A stretch of 64,000 nucleotides of DNA. Source: an uncultured Gemmatimonadales bacterium. Lineage in GTDB: Bacteria; Gemmatimonadota; Gemmatimonadetes; Gemmatimonadales; GWC2-71-9. A program made the translations under genes and the position numbers. The first letter of the stretch is position 1, and every line of letters begins with the position of its first letter. The stretch is taken from contig CAVVKJ010000010.1 of NCBI GenBank assembly GCA_963748815.1, forward strand, positions 1-64,000. Reading direction: 5' to 3'. Shown one piece after another: positions 42,487 to 57,822 of the stretch. Below the pieces are notes generated by a model. That model made no database searches. It had not been told where the DNA came from and was given only the letters and a program-made list of their open reading frames with translations.

Positions 42487-43599
42487 ATGATCATCGGCGT
42501 ACCGAAGGAAATCAAGACCAACGAGAATCGCATCGCGCTCGTCCCCGCCGGCGCCGAGGCGCTGGTCGGGGCCGGGCACACCGTGTACGTCGAGGCCGGG
42601 GCCGGGCTGGGGAGCGGATTCCCCGACGAGGCATACACCGCGGTCGGGGCCAAGACGCTGTCCACCGCCGACGAGGTCTGGGCCAAGGCCGACATGATCA
42701 TGAAGGTCAAGGAGCCGATCGCCGTGGAGTGGCCCCGGATGCGGAAGGGGCAGCTCATCTACACCTACTTCCATTTTGCCGCGGCCGAGGAGCTCACGAA
42801 GGCGGTCATCAAGTCGGGGGCGGTGGCGGTGGCGTACGAGACGGTGCAGCTGCCCAACGGCGAACTGCCCCTGCTGACGCCGATGTCCGAAGTCGCGGGT
42901 CGGATGGCGGTGCAGGAAGGCGCCAAGTACCTCGAGAAGGTGTTCGGCGGCAGCGGGATCCTGCTGGGCGGCGTGCCCGGCGTCGCCCCGGGCGAGGTGG
43001 TGATCATCGGCGGGGGCGTGGTCGGCATCGACGCCGCCAAGATGGCCGCCGGCCTCGGCGCCCACGTCACCATTCTCGACATGTCGCTCGACCGGCTCCG
43101 GTACCTCGATGACGTGCTCCCGGCGAACGTCGACACCTGCTATTCCAACCGCCACAACATCCTCGACGCGATCCGCAAGGCGGACCTCGTCGTCGGGGCG
43201 GTCCTGCTCACCGGGGCCAAGGCACCGCACCTGGTCAAGCGGGCCGACCTGGCGCTCATGAAGCCCGGGTCCGTGATCGTGGACGTGGCGGTGGACCAGG
43301 GCGGCTGCGTCGAGACCATCAAGCCGACGACGCACGAAAACCCGACCTACTTCGTCGACGGCATCCTCCACTACGCCGTGGCCAACATGCCGGGCGGGGT
43401 GCCGCGCACTTCCACGCTGGCGCTCACCAACGCCACGCTCCCGTACGGGCTGAAGCTGGCCAAGCTCGGCTGGAAGGCCGCCTGCAAGGCCGATCGCTCG
43501 CTCATGCTCGGCCTGAACGTCGTCGAGGGGAAGGTCGTCTACCCGGGGGTGGCCGAGGCGTTCGGCCTGCCGCTGGTCGACGTGGAGACGGTGCTCTAG
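42487..43599 (+). CDS. ald: Alanine dehydrogenase
   Basis: [54 protein letters not shown]. Confidence 0.97.
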   Translation: MIIGVPKEIKTNENRIALVPAGAEALVGAGHTVYVEAGAGLGSGFPDEAYTAVGAKTLSTADEVWAKADMIMKVKEPIAVEWPRMRKGQLIYTYFHFAAAEELTKAVIKSGAVAVAYETVQLPNGELPLLTPMSEVAGRMAVQEGAKYLEKVFGGSGILLGGVPGVAPGEVVIIGGGVVGIDAAKMAAGLGAHVTILDMSLDRLRYLDDVLPANVDTCYSNRHNILDAIRKADLVVGAVLLTGAKAPHLVKRADLALMKPGSVIVDVAVDQGGCVETIKPTTHENPTYFVDGILHYAVANMPGGVPRTSTLALTNATLPYGLKLAKLGWKAACKADRSLMLGLNVVEGKVVYPGVAEAFGLPLVDVETVL

Positions 43600-43641
43600 T
43601 GGCGGCAGCGCCCCGGCCGGTGACCCGCATCACATGATTCG

Positions 43642-44079
43642 ATGACGGAGATCCGTATCGTTCGTCTCCCGCACGGGGAGGGCTTGCCCCTCCCCGCGCG
43701 GGCGACCGCCGGGGCGGCCGGGTTCGACCTGGCCAGCGCCGAGGAGGGGGAGCTCGCCCCGATGGAACGGCGGCTTTTTGCGACTGGTTTTGCGATTGCC
43801 ATCCCCGCCGGATTCGAGGTGCAGCTCCGCCCCCGGTCGGGGCTCGCGCTCCGGGAAGGCCTGACCCTCCCGAATACCCCCGCCACGATCGACAGCGACT
43901 ACCGGGGCGAGCTCAAGGTGGCGCTGGTCAACCTTGGTTCGGCCCCGGTGCGCATCGCGAGGGGCATGCGGATTGCTCAGATGCTGGTGGCCAGGGTCGA
44001 GCCCGCCGCCTTCGTCGAGGTGGACACCCTCCCCCCGACGGACCGGGGCGACGGGGGATTCGGGAGCACCGGGCACTAG
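43642..44079 (+). CDS. dut: dUTP diphosphatase
   Basis: [36 protein letters not shown]. Confidence 0.97.
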   Translation: MTEIRIVRLPHGEGLPLPARATAGAAGFDLASAEEGELAPMERRLFATGFAIAIPAGFEVQLRPRSGLALREGLTLPNTPATIDSDYRGELKVALVNLGSAPVRIARGMRIAQMLVARVEPAAFVEVDTLPPTDRGDGGFGSTGH

Positions 44080-44104
44080 CGCCTAACTCTCGGTCTTGTG
44101 ATGA

Positions 44105-46040
<1,936 letters not shown>

Positions 46041-46044
<4 letters not shown>

Positions 46045-46538
46045 GCGCCCCCCGGGCCACCCGACTGCGGTTCAGCCTCGTCATGCTGCTGCTGGTGGGG
46101 CTGCAGTTCTATGTGCGCCCACGACTCGGCAATCCCCACGTCGCGCCCGACTTCCTGATGCTCGGCCTGATGATCTTCGCGATCCGCAGCCGGCCCGGCG
46201 CGGCGGCCTTCGCGGGGTTCCTCATCGGGTTCGCGAGCGATGCCCTCACCCCGGCGCGCTTCGGCGCGGCGATGCTGGCCAACACCCTCGTCGGGTACGG
46301 GGCGGCGTGGGGACGGGCCGTGTTCTTCGCCGACAACCTTCTCGTCAACGCCGGGTTCATCGCCGCCGGGGTCTGGCTGCGCGACTTCCTCGTGCTCATG
46401 GCCAGCGGATCGAGCGGGAAGGAGCTGCTCTTCCAGCTCGGCGTCTGGAGCCCGGTCCTGGCCCTCAGCACCGCGGTGACGGGCGTCGTGGTGCTGACGG
46501 TCTTCCGCGACTGGCTCGATATCCGGCTCGAGGAATGA
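46041..46538 (+). CDS. mreD: Rod shape-determining protein MreD
   Basis: Hydrophobic, APDFLML, GFLIGFASD; lies between mreC and mrdA. Confidence 0.88.
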
Positions 46539-48428
46539 ACGAGTTCCATTCGTACCGCCGGGCGGAGCGCGCGGCCATTGCGCGCTGGTTCTTCCTGGCG
46601 GTCTTCCTGGTCCTCACGGTCGCGTTCTTCCGGACGCAGGTCGTCCAGCACGAGCGGTTCCGGCTGCGCGCCGAAAAGAACCGGCTCCGCATCGTCCCGC
46701 TCATCGCCCCCCGCGGCGTCATCTACGACCGCAACGGCCTGGTCATCGCCGACAACGTGCCGGGCTACGCCATCAAGCTGCTCGCCCCGTCGGTGGACTC
46801 GCTGCGCGCCGTCCTCGCGCGATTCATGGCGGTCGTGCCCCTCGACAGCGTCCAGGTCAGCGGCATCCTGGCGCGCTATCGGCAGGCGCCGTACCAGCCG
46901 GTCGTGGTGCTCGGCACCGGCAGCTTCGAGACGGTCTCGCAGCTGGAGGAGCGCCGGGCGGTGCTGCCCGGGCTGGTCATCCAATCGGAGCCGCGCCGGT
47001 TCTATCCCGAGGGCCAGGCGGTGGCGCACCTGGTCGGGCTATGTCGGCGAGGTGAGCGAACACGACCTGGAGACCGACCGGTTTCCGGGGGCGCAACTGG
47101 GGACGGTGGTCGGGCGGGCGGGACTGGAGCAGGAATACGACGCCGAGCTGCGGGGCCGGCCCGGGGTGCACTACGTCGAGGTCAACGCCCGGGGTCGGCT
47201 GGTGCGCGAGGAGGACGTGGCGCCGACGCTGGCGGCCATCCCCGGTCAGGCGGTCCGGACGACGATCGACCTCGAGCTGCAGCGCTACATCGACAGCCTC
47301 TGGCGGGCGGAGGCGCCAAACGTCCGCGGCGCGATGGTGGCGCTGACCCCGTCCGGGGAGGTGCTGGCGCTCTACAGCGCGCCCGGATACGATCCGAACG
47401 AATTCGTCGGCGGCATCTCCACGACGGAATGGCGGCGCCTGAACGACGACCCCGCCAAGCCGCTGCTGGACCGCGCAATCCAGACCCGGTACCCCCCCGC
47501 CTCTCCCTTCAAGCTGGCCACCGCGGCAATGGCGCTGAAGCGCGGCGTCGCGACTTTCACTACGCACATGCCGGAGCCCTGCCGCGGCGGGCTGCAGGTG
47601 GGGAATCGGTACTTCCGGTGCTGGAAGCCGGAAGGACACGGCAATCTCGACCTCGAGGGGGCCATCGCCAAGAGCTGCGACGTGTATTTCTACCAGCTCG
47701 GGCTGCGCATCGGGCTCGACGCGATCCTGAGCGACGGCGTGCTGATGGGATTTCGCGACAAGAGCGGGATCGACCTCGAAAACGAGATCGCCCCGATCTA
47801 CCCGTCCAACGCCGCCTATTTCGACCGGAAGTACGGCTCGCGCGGCTGGAGCAAGTGGGGCGCGACCCTGAACTTCGCGATCGGGCAGGGGGAGAACACC
47901 CAGAGCGTCATCAACATGACCCGGTTCTACGCGGCGCTGGCCAGCGGAGGCGAGGCCCCGACACCGTTCATCGTGCGGCCCCGCAGCGACCAGGTACGCG
48001 AGCTCGGGCTCTCGCCGGCCCAGCTGGAGGGACTCCGGCTGGCCCTGATCGCCGTGGTGGAGCGGGGCACCGCGGCCGCCAGCCGGAGCCTCGAGCTGTC
48101 GCTGGCGGGGAAGACCGGGACCGCCCAGAACTCGCATGGCGAGGACCACGGCTGGTACGTCGGATTCGCGCCGGCCGACAAGCCCCGGATCATCGTGGGC
48201 AGCATCATGGAGTTCGCGGAGCACGGCTCCAACGTGGCGCCATACGTCAACAAGGTCCTCGTGCGCTACGTGATGGGGAAGGGGAGCACCGACGCGCCGC
48301 TCACCGTCGCCCTCCCGGCCGACTCGGCGCCCCGTGCCGTGCAAATCGTTCCCGATTCCGTCTTGCTGGTCGACCCGGTGGCGGACGATACCGTCTTGCC
48401 CCCGCCACCGGCGCCCTCCGGCCCATGA
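46535..48428 (+). CDS. mrdA: Penicillin-binding protein 2 (frameshift near 47040)
   Basis: APRGVIYDRNG, SPFK (SxxK), SCDVYFY, AGKTGTAQ. Confidence 0.95.
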
Positions 48429-49663
48429 GGTCACTCGGTCCCGACCGGCCGCTCATCGCGGTCGCGCTGCTGCTGGGGGCGTACGGCCTCCTGACCCTCT
48501 ACTCCGCGGGGCAGACCGACGTCGTCACCCAGGCGCAGGGCGTCTGGCTTCGTCAGCTGGTCTGGATGGGCATCGGCGTGGTGGCGGCCGCGGTCGTCTT
48601 CCGCTTTTCGTTCCGCCTGCTGGAGTGGTCCGCACCCGCGGCGTACGGGTTCGGGCTCCTGCTGCTCGTCGTCACGCTTGTCGTCGGGACGGGGCAGGGG
48701 ACGGCCGCCGGCACGAAGAGCTGGCTCGCCATCGGCGGACACCAGATCGGGCAGCCCGCCGAACTGGCCAAGCTGGCGGTCATCCTGATGCTGGCGCGAT
48801 ACCTCTCGGGGCTGCGTGACTCGCCCCGCAATCTGCGTGAGCTCATCGCGCCCTGCCTGATCGCCGGGGTCCCCTTCCTGCTGGTGCTGAAGCAGCCCGA
48901 CCTGGGGAGCGCCATCGTCTTCGTCGGGATCCTGTTCCTGATGCTTTTCTGGTCGGGCGTGAAGCCGTCCCTCCTCTTCATGCTGGCCAGTCCGGGGTTG
49001 AGCCTCCTGCTCGCGTTCAACACCTGGACGTGGGGCCTCTGGATGATCGTCCTGGCGGTGCTGCTGTTCGCCTGGCGGCCCTACGTGGTGGAAGGAGTCT
49101 TCCTCTACGTCGTCAACTCCGTGATGGGGGCGGTGGCCATCCCGCTCTGGCAGCGGCTGGCGCCGTATCAACAGAACCGGCTGCTGACCTTTCTGAATCC
49201 GGAGATCGACCCGCGCGCCGCCGGGTATCACGCCATCCAATCGCGCGTCGCGATCGGATCCGGCGGCTGGTTCGGCAACGGATTCACCGAGGGCCCCCAG
49301 AAGCGGCTCGCCTTCCTCCCGGCGCAGCACACGGACTTCATCTTTTCGGTGGTCGGGGAGGAACTCGGCTTCCTGGGCGTCATGGTGGCACTGCTGCTCT
49401 TTCTGCTGCTCTTCCTTGTGCTGCTGCGCATCGCCCGCCGCGCCACCGATCCCTTTGCCAGTCTTGTCGTCTTCGGGGTGCTGGCGCTTTTCTTCACCCA
49501 TGTCTTCGAAAATGTCGGGATGACGGTCAATTTGATGCCGATTACCGGCATTCCGCTGCCGTTTTTCTCGTATGGCGGCTCATTCTTCCTGATTTGCTGC
49601 GTGTCCCTCGGCCTGGTCCTGCGGGCCGCCTGGGACGCCCGGCTGTCAGGCTATGCTGAATGA
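48425..49663 (+). CDS. rodA: Rod shape-determining protein RodA (SEDS)
   Basis: QPAELAK, QPDLGSA, QSRVAIGSGG, HTDFIFSVVGEELG, TGIPLPFFSYGGS. Confidence 0.96.
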   Translation: MRSLGPDRPLIAVALLLGAYGLLTLYSAGQTDVVTQAQGVWLRQLVWMGIGVVAAAVVFRFSFRLLEWSAPAAYGFGLLLLVVTLVVGTGQGTAAGTKSWLAIGGHQIGQPAELAKLAVILMLARYLSGLRDSPRNLRELIAPCLIAGVPFLLVLKQPDLGSAIVFVGILFLMLFWSGVKPSLLFMLASPGLSLLLAFNTWTWGLWMIVLAVLLFAWRPYVVEGVFLYVVNSVMGAVAIPLWQRLAPYQQNRLLTFLNPEIDPRAAGYHAIQSRVAIGSGGWFGNGFTEGPQKRLAFLPAQHTDFIFSVVGEELGFLGVMVALLLFLLLFLVLLRIARRATDPFASLVVFGVLALFFTHVFENVGMTVNLMPITGIPLPFFSYGGSFFLICCVSLGLVLRAAWDARLSGYAE

Positions 49664-49780
49664 TGGCAATGACTTAGCTATCACGGTCTGGCGCTGGACA
49701 GCCGAATCGCGCAGATTGGTAGCTTCCATGACCCTCCCCTTCTCTCCCCCCGGAGCCTCCTCAACCCCACTAGGGGTGTA

Positions 49781-50647
49781 ATGGCCTGGTTCAAGAAAGA
49801 ACGAAAGCCGCGGACGCCAGTCCGTGAGCGCCGCGAGGTCCCCGCCGACGCCTGGGAAAAGTGTGACGGGTGCGGGCACATGGACATCCGGGACAAATTC
49901 GAGCGGGCCCTCAATGTCTGCCCCGAGTGCGGGAAGCACCGCCGGATCAGCGCGGAGGAGTACGTTGAACTGCTGACGGACGAGGGGTCGTGGCGCGAGC
50001 TGTGGGGCAACCTGAGTTCCGAAGACCCGCTCCAGTTCGAGCACTATCCCGATCGGCTGGCCAAGGCAATCGCCAAGGCCGGCCCGGCCGACGCCATCTA
50101 TACCGGCATCGGGCAACTCGACGGACTGGTCTACTACCTTGGCGTCATGAACTTCGCGTTCATGGGCGGATCGATGGGTTCGGTGGTCGGGGAAAAGATC
50201 GCGCGGCTCGCCCGGCGCGCCCTGCAGAAGAAGCGCCCGGTCGTGCTGGTGTGCGCCTCCGGTGGCGCGCGGATGCAGGAGGGGGTCTACTCCCTGATGC
50301 AGATGGCCAAGACGAGCGCCGCGCTGGCGCAACTGGGCCTGCACGGCATCCCCTTCATTACGATCCTCACGGACCCGACCACGGGGGGCGTCTCGGCGTC
50401 CTACGCGATGCAGGGCGACGTGATCCTCGCGGAGCCAGGCGCCTTGATCGGGTTCGCGGGGCAGCGGGTCATCAAGCAGACCATCGGGCAGGACCTGCCG
50501 GAGGGGTTCCAGACGGCGGAGTTCCTGCTGGATCACGGGCAGATCGACGACGTCGTTCCGCGCGGGTCGCTGCGGGACACCACCGCCCGACTGCTGCGGC
50601 ACATGCAGGGCGCGCGGGCACGCTATGATGCGGCGGACGCCGTCTGA
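49781..50647 (+). CDS. accD: Acetyl-CoA carboxylase carboxyltransferase beta subunit
   Basis: WEKCDGC..VCPEC zinc finger, FMGGSMGSVVGEKI, SGGARMQEG, PTTGGVSAS. Confidence 0.97.
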   Translation: MAWFKKERKPRTPVRERREVPADAWEKCDGCGHMDIRDKFERALNVCPECGKHRRISAEEYVELLTDEGSWRELWGNLSSEDPLQFEHYPDRLAKAIAKAGPADAIYTGIGQLDGLVYYLGVMNFAFMGGSMGSVVGEKIARLARRALQKKRPVVLVCASGGARMQEGVYSLMQMAKTSAALAQLGLHGIPFITILTDPTTGGVSASYAMQGDVILAEPGALIGFAGQRVIKQTIGQDLPEGFQTAEFLLDHGQIDDVVPRGSLRDTTARLLRHMQGARARYDAADAV

Positions 50648-50663
50648 GTCACCACCCAGCGAC

Positions 50664-50795
50664 TCACGCGAAGCCGCGAAGACACGAAGAGACGAGACCA
50701 GGAATTGACCCGCACTCACCATGGCCTGCGTCCCGTGAACCGCATCGACCGGTGCGCTTGGTTCGGCGACCTCGCGTCTTCGCGGCTTCGCGTGA
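50664..50795. repeat. 132-bp element with perfect 20-bp terminal inverted repeats (MITE-like)
   Basis: TCACGCGAAGCCGCGAAGAC (50664-50683) is the reverse complement of 50776-50795. Confidence 0.8.
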
Positions 50796-50813
50796 TCCTC
50801 CCCGCGTGATGTC

Positions 50814-52058
50814 GTGAATTCAGTTCCGTTGACGTACGACGAAGCCTTGGCCTTCCTCTTCCCACGCACCACCACCATCAAGTTCGGGCTCGACACCACC
50901 GCGCGCGCTCCTCTCGGAGCTCGGCGACCCGCACACGGTCATGCCCTCCATCCACGTCGGCGGCACCAACGGCAAGGGAAGCGTCGCCGCCCTCGTCGCC
51001 GAGGCGCTCGCCTGTGCCGGGTGGCGGGTGGGACTGTACACCTCGCCCCACCTCGTCTCGTTCCGGGAGCGGATCCGCGTGGATGGAGTGCCGATCTCCG
51101 AGGCGGCGGTGGCGATGTGGACCGCACGCATGGCGCCGCGCGTGCAGGAGCTCGGCGCGACGTTCTTCGAGGCGACGACCGCGATGGCCTTCGCCGACTT
51201 TGCGGCGCGGGGGGCCGAGATTGCCGTGGTGGAAGTCGGGCTCGGCGGACGGCTCGACAGCACCAACATCGTCACACCCCTCGTCAGCGCCGTCACGAAG
51301 ATCGCCATGGATCACATGAAGTATCTCGGCGACAGCCTCGACGGACATCGCGCGGGAAAAAGCCGGCATCGCGAAGCCGGGGGTGCCGTTCGTCATCGGC
51401 GAGCGGGACCCGGCGCTGGTCGAGGCCCTCCGCCAGGAGGCCCGGCGGATTGCGCGGGACGGCGGGGGGCCGGTCGGACGTCCGTGTGCTCCCGCCCGAG
51501 TACGAGTGGAGCGGCGCGCTCGGGCTGCGGGGCGGCCACCAGCGCCGGAACGCCGGGGTGGCGCACGGCATCCTCATGGCGCTCCCGGAGCGGTGGCGGC
51601 CGCCGGCGGAGGCGATCCGGGAGGGGTTTGCCGCGGCGCAGGTGCCGGGGCGCCTCGATCGACGGGGCAAGTGGCTGTTCGATGTGGCCCACAACCCGGA
51701 CGGGATGGAGTCCCTCGTCACCGCCCTCGGGGCCGCGCCGCCACCCGGCCCGGTCCACGCCCTGGTGAGCATCCTCGGCGACAAGGAGTGGCCGACCATG
51801 CTGGTCTGGCTCGACTCGGTGGTCGATCGGGGAGTGTTGACGGTGGCCCCCTCCGCGGCGGAACGGGGATGGGATCTCGGCTGGCTTCGCGACTGGCTGG
51901 CGCGACCCGACCGCCCTCCGGCTCGGGCGCAGTGGACCCTTGTGCCCGAGTTTTCCGCCGCCCTGGTGGAGGTTCAGCGGGGAGCGGGCACCGTGCTGGT
52001 GACCGGTTCGTTCCACACCGTGGGCGATGTGATGGAGGCGCTGGGGATGGGCGAGTGA
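50814..52058 (+). CDS. folC: Folylpolyglutamate/dihydrofolate synthase (frameshifts)
   Basis: HVGGTNGKGS, YTSPHL..FRERI, EVGLGGRLDSTN, DVAHNPDG, VTGSF. Confidence 0.94.
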   Translation: MNSVPLTYDEALAFLFPRTTTIKFGLDTTARAPLGARRPAHGHALHPRRRHQRQGKRRRPRRRGARLCRVAGGTVHLAPPRLVPGADPRGWSADLRGGGGDVDRTHGAARAGARRDVLRGDDRDGLRRLCGAGGRDCRGGSRARRTARQHQHRHTPRQRRHEDRHGSHEVSRRQPRRTSRGKKPASRSRGCRSSSASGTRRWSRPSARRPGGLRGTAGGRSDVRVLPPEYEWSGALGLRGGHQRRNAGVAHGILMALPERWRPPAEAIREGFAAAQVPGRLDRRGKWLFDVAHNPDGMESLVTALGAAPPPGPVHALVSILGDKEWPTMLVWLDSVVDRGVLTVAPSAAERGWDLGWLRDWLARPDRPPARAQWTLVPEFSAALVEVQRGAGTVLVTGSFHTVGDVMEALGMGE

Positions 52059-52108
52059 CGCGGCGGTCGGCATAGCCAAATCCTTTGTTTTCAAGTATTT
52101 TGCCCCGC

Positions 52109-53413
52109 ATGTCCCATCAGTCCCTCCCCGGATTCCGCGAGTTCTTTCCCGACGATTTGGCAGCCCGCAGCTACCTCTTTGCGGCGTGGCGCCGGGTCGC
52201 GGCGCGCTACGGCTTCGAGGAGTACGACGGACCGCCGCTCGAGCCGCAGGAGTTGTACACCGAGAAGAGCGGACCCGAGATTGTCGGGCAGCTCTACAAC
52301 TTCGTGGACAAGGGCGATCGGCAGGTGGCGCTGCGCCCCGAAATGACCCCGACCCTCGCCCGAATGGTCGCCTCCCGGGCCAACGGACTCCGCAAGCCGA
52401 TCCGCTGGTTTTCCATCGGGCAGATGTTCCGGTACGAGCGCCAGCAGCGAGGCCGGTTGCGGGAGCACTACCAGCTCAACTGCGACCTGATCGGCGAATC
52501 CGGGCCGCTCGGCGACGCCGAAGTCATCGCGCTCCTCGTGGACCTGGGGCGCGAACTTGGTCTGGGAGCCGACGCGGTGCGCGTCCGGCTCTCCGATCGG
52601 CGGGTGCTGTCGACGCTGCTGCGCGGCGCCGGCGTCACGGAGTCCCAGCTGCCGCTCGCCTATTCGGCCCTCGACAAGCGGGAGCGGATGGAGCGTCCGG
52701 CGCTGGAGGCGATGCTCCGGGGACCGGACGGGAAGGGGATGAGCGCCACCACCACAGGGCGGGTGCTCGAACTCTCCGCGCTGCGCTCGCTCGACGCCGT
52801 CGCGGCCGCGCTGCAGGGCGTCCCGGGTGGAGACGCGGCGCTGGGGCCGCTCCGGCAGACCGTCGACGCCCTGGAGGCGATGGGGCTGGCGGAGTTCGTC
52901 GACATCGACCTCACCATCGTGCGCGGCCTGGCCTACTACACCGGGACGGTCTTCGAGCTCTTCGATGCGGGCCGGTCCCACCGGGCCATCGCCGGCGGAG
53001 GACGGTACGACGATCTCCTCGGCCGGCTCGGTGGCGTGGAGCTGCCGGCGGTCGGGTTCGCGATGGGCGACGTCGTCTCGGCGAGGTGCTGCGCGAGCGC
53101 GGCCTGATGCCCGCCGCGGCACCCTCCCTCGACGTGTTTGTCGCCGGGGTCACGCGAGGACGACCTTCCGCACGTGCTCGCGCTGTCACACGAGTGCCGG
53201 GACGCGGGGCTGCGCACCGAGTACGCGCTCACCGCGCAGGCGGTCGGGAAGCAGCTGAAGCTGGCGGACGCGCGCAAGGCGCGGGTCGCCGTGCTGATCG
53301 GCCCGGACGACCGGGCGCGCAACGAAGTGCAACTGAAGGACCTGGCCGCGAAGGCGCAGCGGTCGGTCTCCCGAACCGAGGCGGTCGCCGCGCTCCTGGC
53401 GATCCGCCCCTGA
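52109..53413 (+). CDS. hisS: Histidine--tRNA ligase (frameshifts near the 3' end)
   Basis: LRPEMTP, FRYERQQRGRLREHYQ, VRGLAYYTG, GGGRYD. Confidence 0.96.
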
Positions 53414-56234
<2,821 letters not shown>

Positions 56235-56246
56235 GGAGCCAGCGAC

Positions 56247-57806
56247 ATGGACACGCGGAAGCACCACGACGGCATCCTGATCCTCGATTACGGCTCGCAG
56301 TTCACGCAGCTCATTGCGCGGCGGGTGCGCGAGGCCCACGTCTACTGCGAAATCCATCCGGGAACCCGCTCCCTGGAATGGATTCGGGAGTGGCGCCCGA
56401 AGGGGATCATCCTCTCCGGCGGCCCGAACTCGGTGTACGACGCAGGCGCACCGACCGCACCCGCCGGCATTCTCGACCTCGGGGTGCCGGTGCTTGGGCT
56501 CTGCTACGGCATGCAGATCATCGCCCAGATGGCCGGGGCCAAGGTGGTCGGCGCCGATCGCCGTGAGTACGGCCGGGCGGTGGTCACCGTCGCGGGGGGG
56601 AAGCTCTTCAGGGGATTCGCAGCCGGCGACCAGACCGCGGTCTGGATGAGCCACGGCGACCATGTCAACGCCCCACCCCCCGGCTACATTGTCACCGCCG
56701 CATCTCCCAACTGTCCTGTCGCCGGCTTCGAGCACGCCAGCCGCCCGATCTTCGGCGTGCAGTTCCACCCCGAGGTGGCGCACACGGCGCGCGGCGGGGA
56801 GATCATCGGCGCCTTTCTTTTCGACGTCTGTGGCGCCACGCCGGACTGGACGGCGGGGCACTTCATCGAGACCGAGACGACCCGCATCCGCGAGCTCGCC
56901 GGGTCCGCCCGGGTCATTTGCGGCCTCTCCGGGGGAGTCGATTCGTCGGTGGCTGCCGCCTTGGTCCACCGCGCGGTCGGCGACCGGCTCACCTGCATCT
57001 TCGTCGACCACGGACTGCTCCGCCTGCACGAGCGCGACCAGGTCGAGGCGACCTTCCGCCGGCACCTCGGCATCGACCTCCGGGTTGTGGAGGCGAGTGA
57101 TCTCTTTCTGGCGGCGCTCGACGGCGTCAGCGATCCGGAGGAGAAGCGCCGGCGGATCGGGCACACCTTCATCGACGTCTTCGAGGCGGAGGCCAAGAAG
57201 GTCGGTTCCGACGTCGGCTTCCTCGTGCAGGGGACGCTCTATCCCGACGTCATCGAGTCGGTGTCGCCCACCGGCGGGCCGTCCGTCACCATCAAGACGC
57301 ACCACAACGTCGGCGGCCTGCCGGAGCGGCTGCCCTTCAAACTGATCGAGCCGCTGCGCGAGCTGTTCAAGGACGAGGTGCGGCAGGTGGGGCGGGAGCT
57401 GCGGCTGCCCGAGGAGATGGTGGGGCGGCATCCGTTTCCAGGCCCGGGGTTGGCCATCCGCATCCTCGGTGCCGTCTCGAAGCCGGAGCTCGACATCCTG
57501 CGCGCGGTGGACGACATCTACATCGAGGAAATCCGGGCGGCCGGGCTGTACGACGACATCTGGCAGGCCTTCGCGGTGCTGCTGCCGATCCGGTCCGTGG
57601 GAGTGCAGGGGGACTTCCGCACCTACGACCAGGCGGTGGCGCTCCGAGCGGTCACCAGCCGCGACGGCATGACCGCCGACTGGTTCCCCTTCCCGCACGA
57701 GGTGCTGGCGCACATCTCGAACCGGATCGCCAACGAGGTGAAGGGCGTGAACCGCGTGGTGTATGACGTGAGCAGCAAGCCGCCGGCTACGATCGAGTGG
57801 GAGTAG
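56247..57806 (+). CDS. guaA: GMP synthase (glutamine-hydrolysing)
   Basis: [41 protein letters not shown]. Confidence 0.98.
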   Translation: MDTRKHHDGILILDYGSQFTQLIARRVREAHVYCEIHPGTRSLEWIREWRPKGIILSGGPNSVYDAGAPTAPAGILDLGVPVLGLCYGMQIIAQMAGAKVVGADRREYGRAVVTVAGGKLFRGFAAGDQTAVWMSHGDHVNAPPPGYIVTAASPNCPVAGFEHASRPIFGVQFHPEVAHTARGGEIIGAFLFDVCGATPDWTAGHFIETETTRIRELAGSARVICGLSGGVDSSVAAALVHRAVGDRLTCIFVDHGLLRLHERDQVEATFRRHLGIDLRVVEASDLFLAALDGVSDPEEKRRRIGHTFIDVFEAEAKKVGSDVGFLVQGTLYPDVIESVSPTGGPSVTIKTHHNVGGLPERLPFKLIEPLRELFKDEVRQVGRELRLPEEMVGRHPFPGPGLAIRILGAVSKPELDILRAVDDIYIEEIRAAGLYDDIWQAFAVLLPIRSVGVQGDFRTYDQAVALRAVTSRDGMTADWFPFPHEVLAHISNRIANEVKGVNRVVYDVSSKPPATIEWE

Positions 57807-57822
57807 GCGTCCTCACGCCCCG

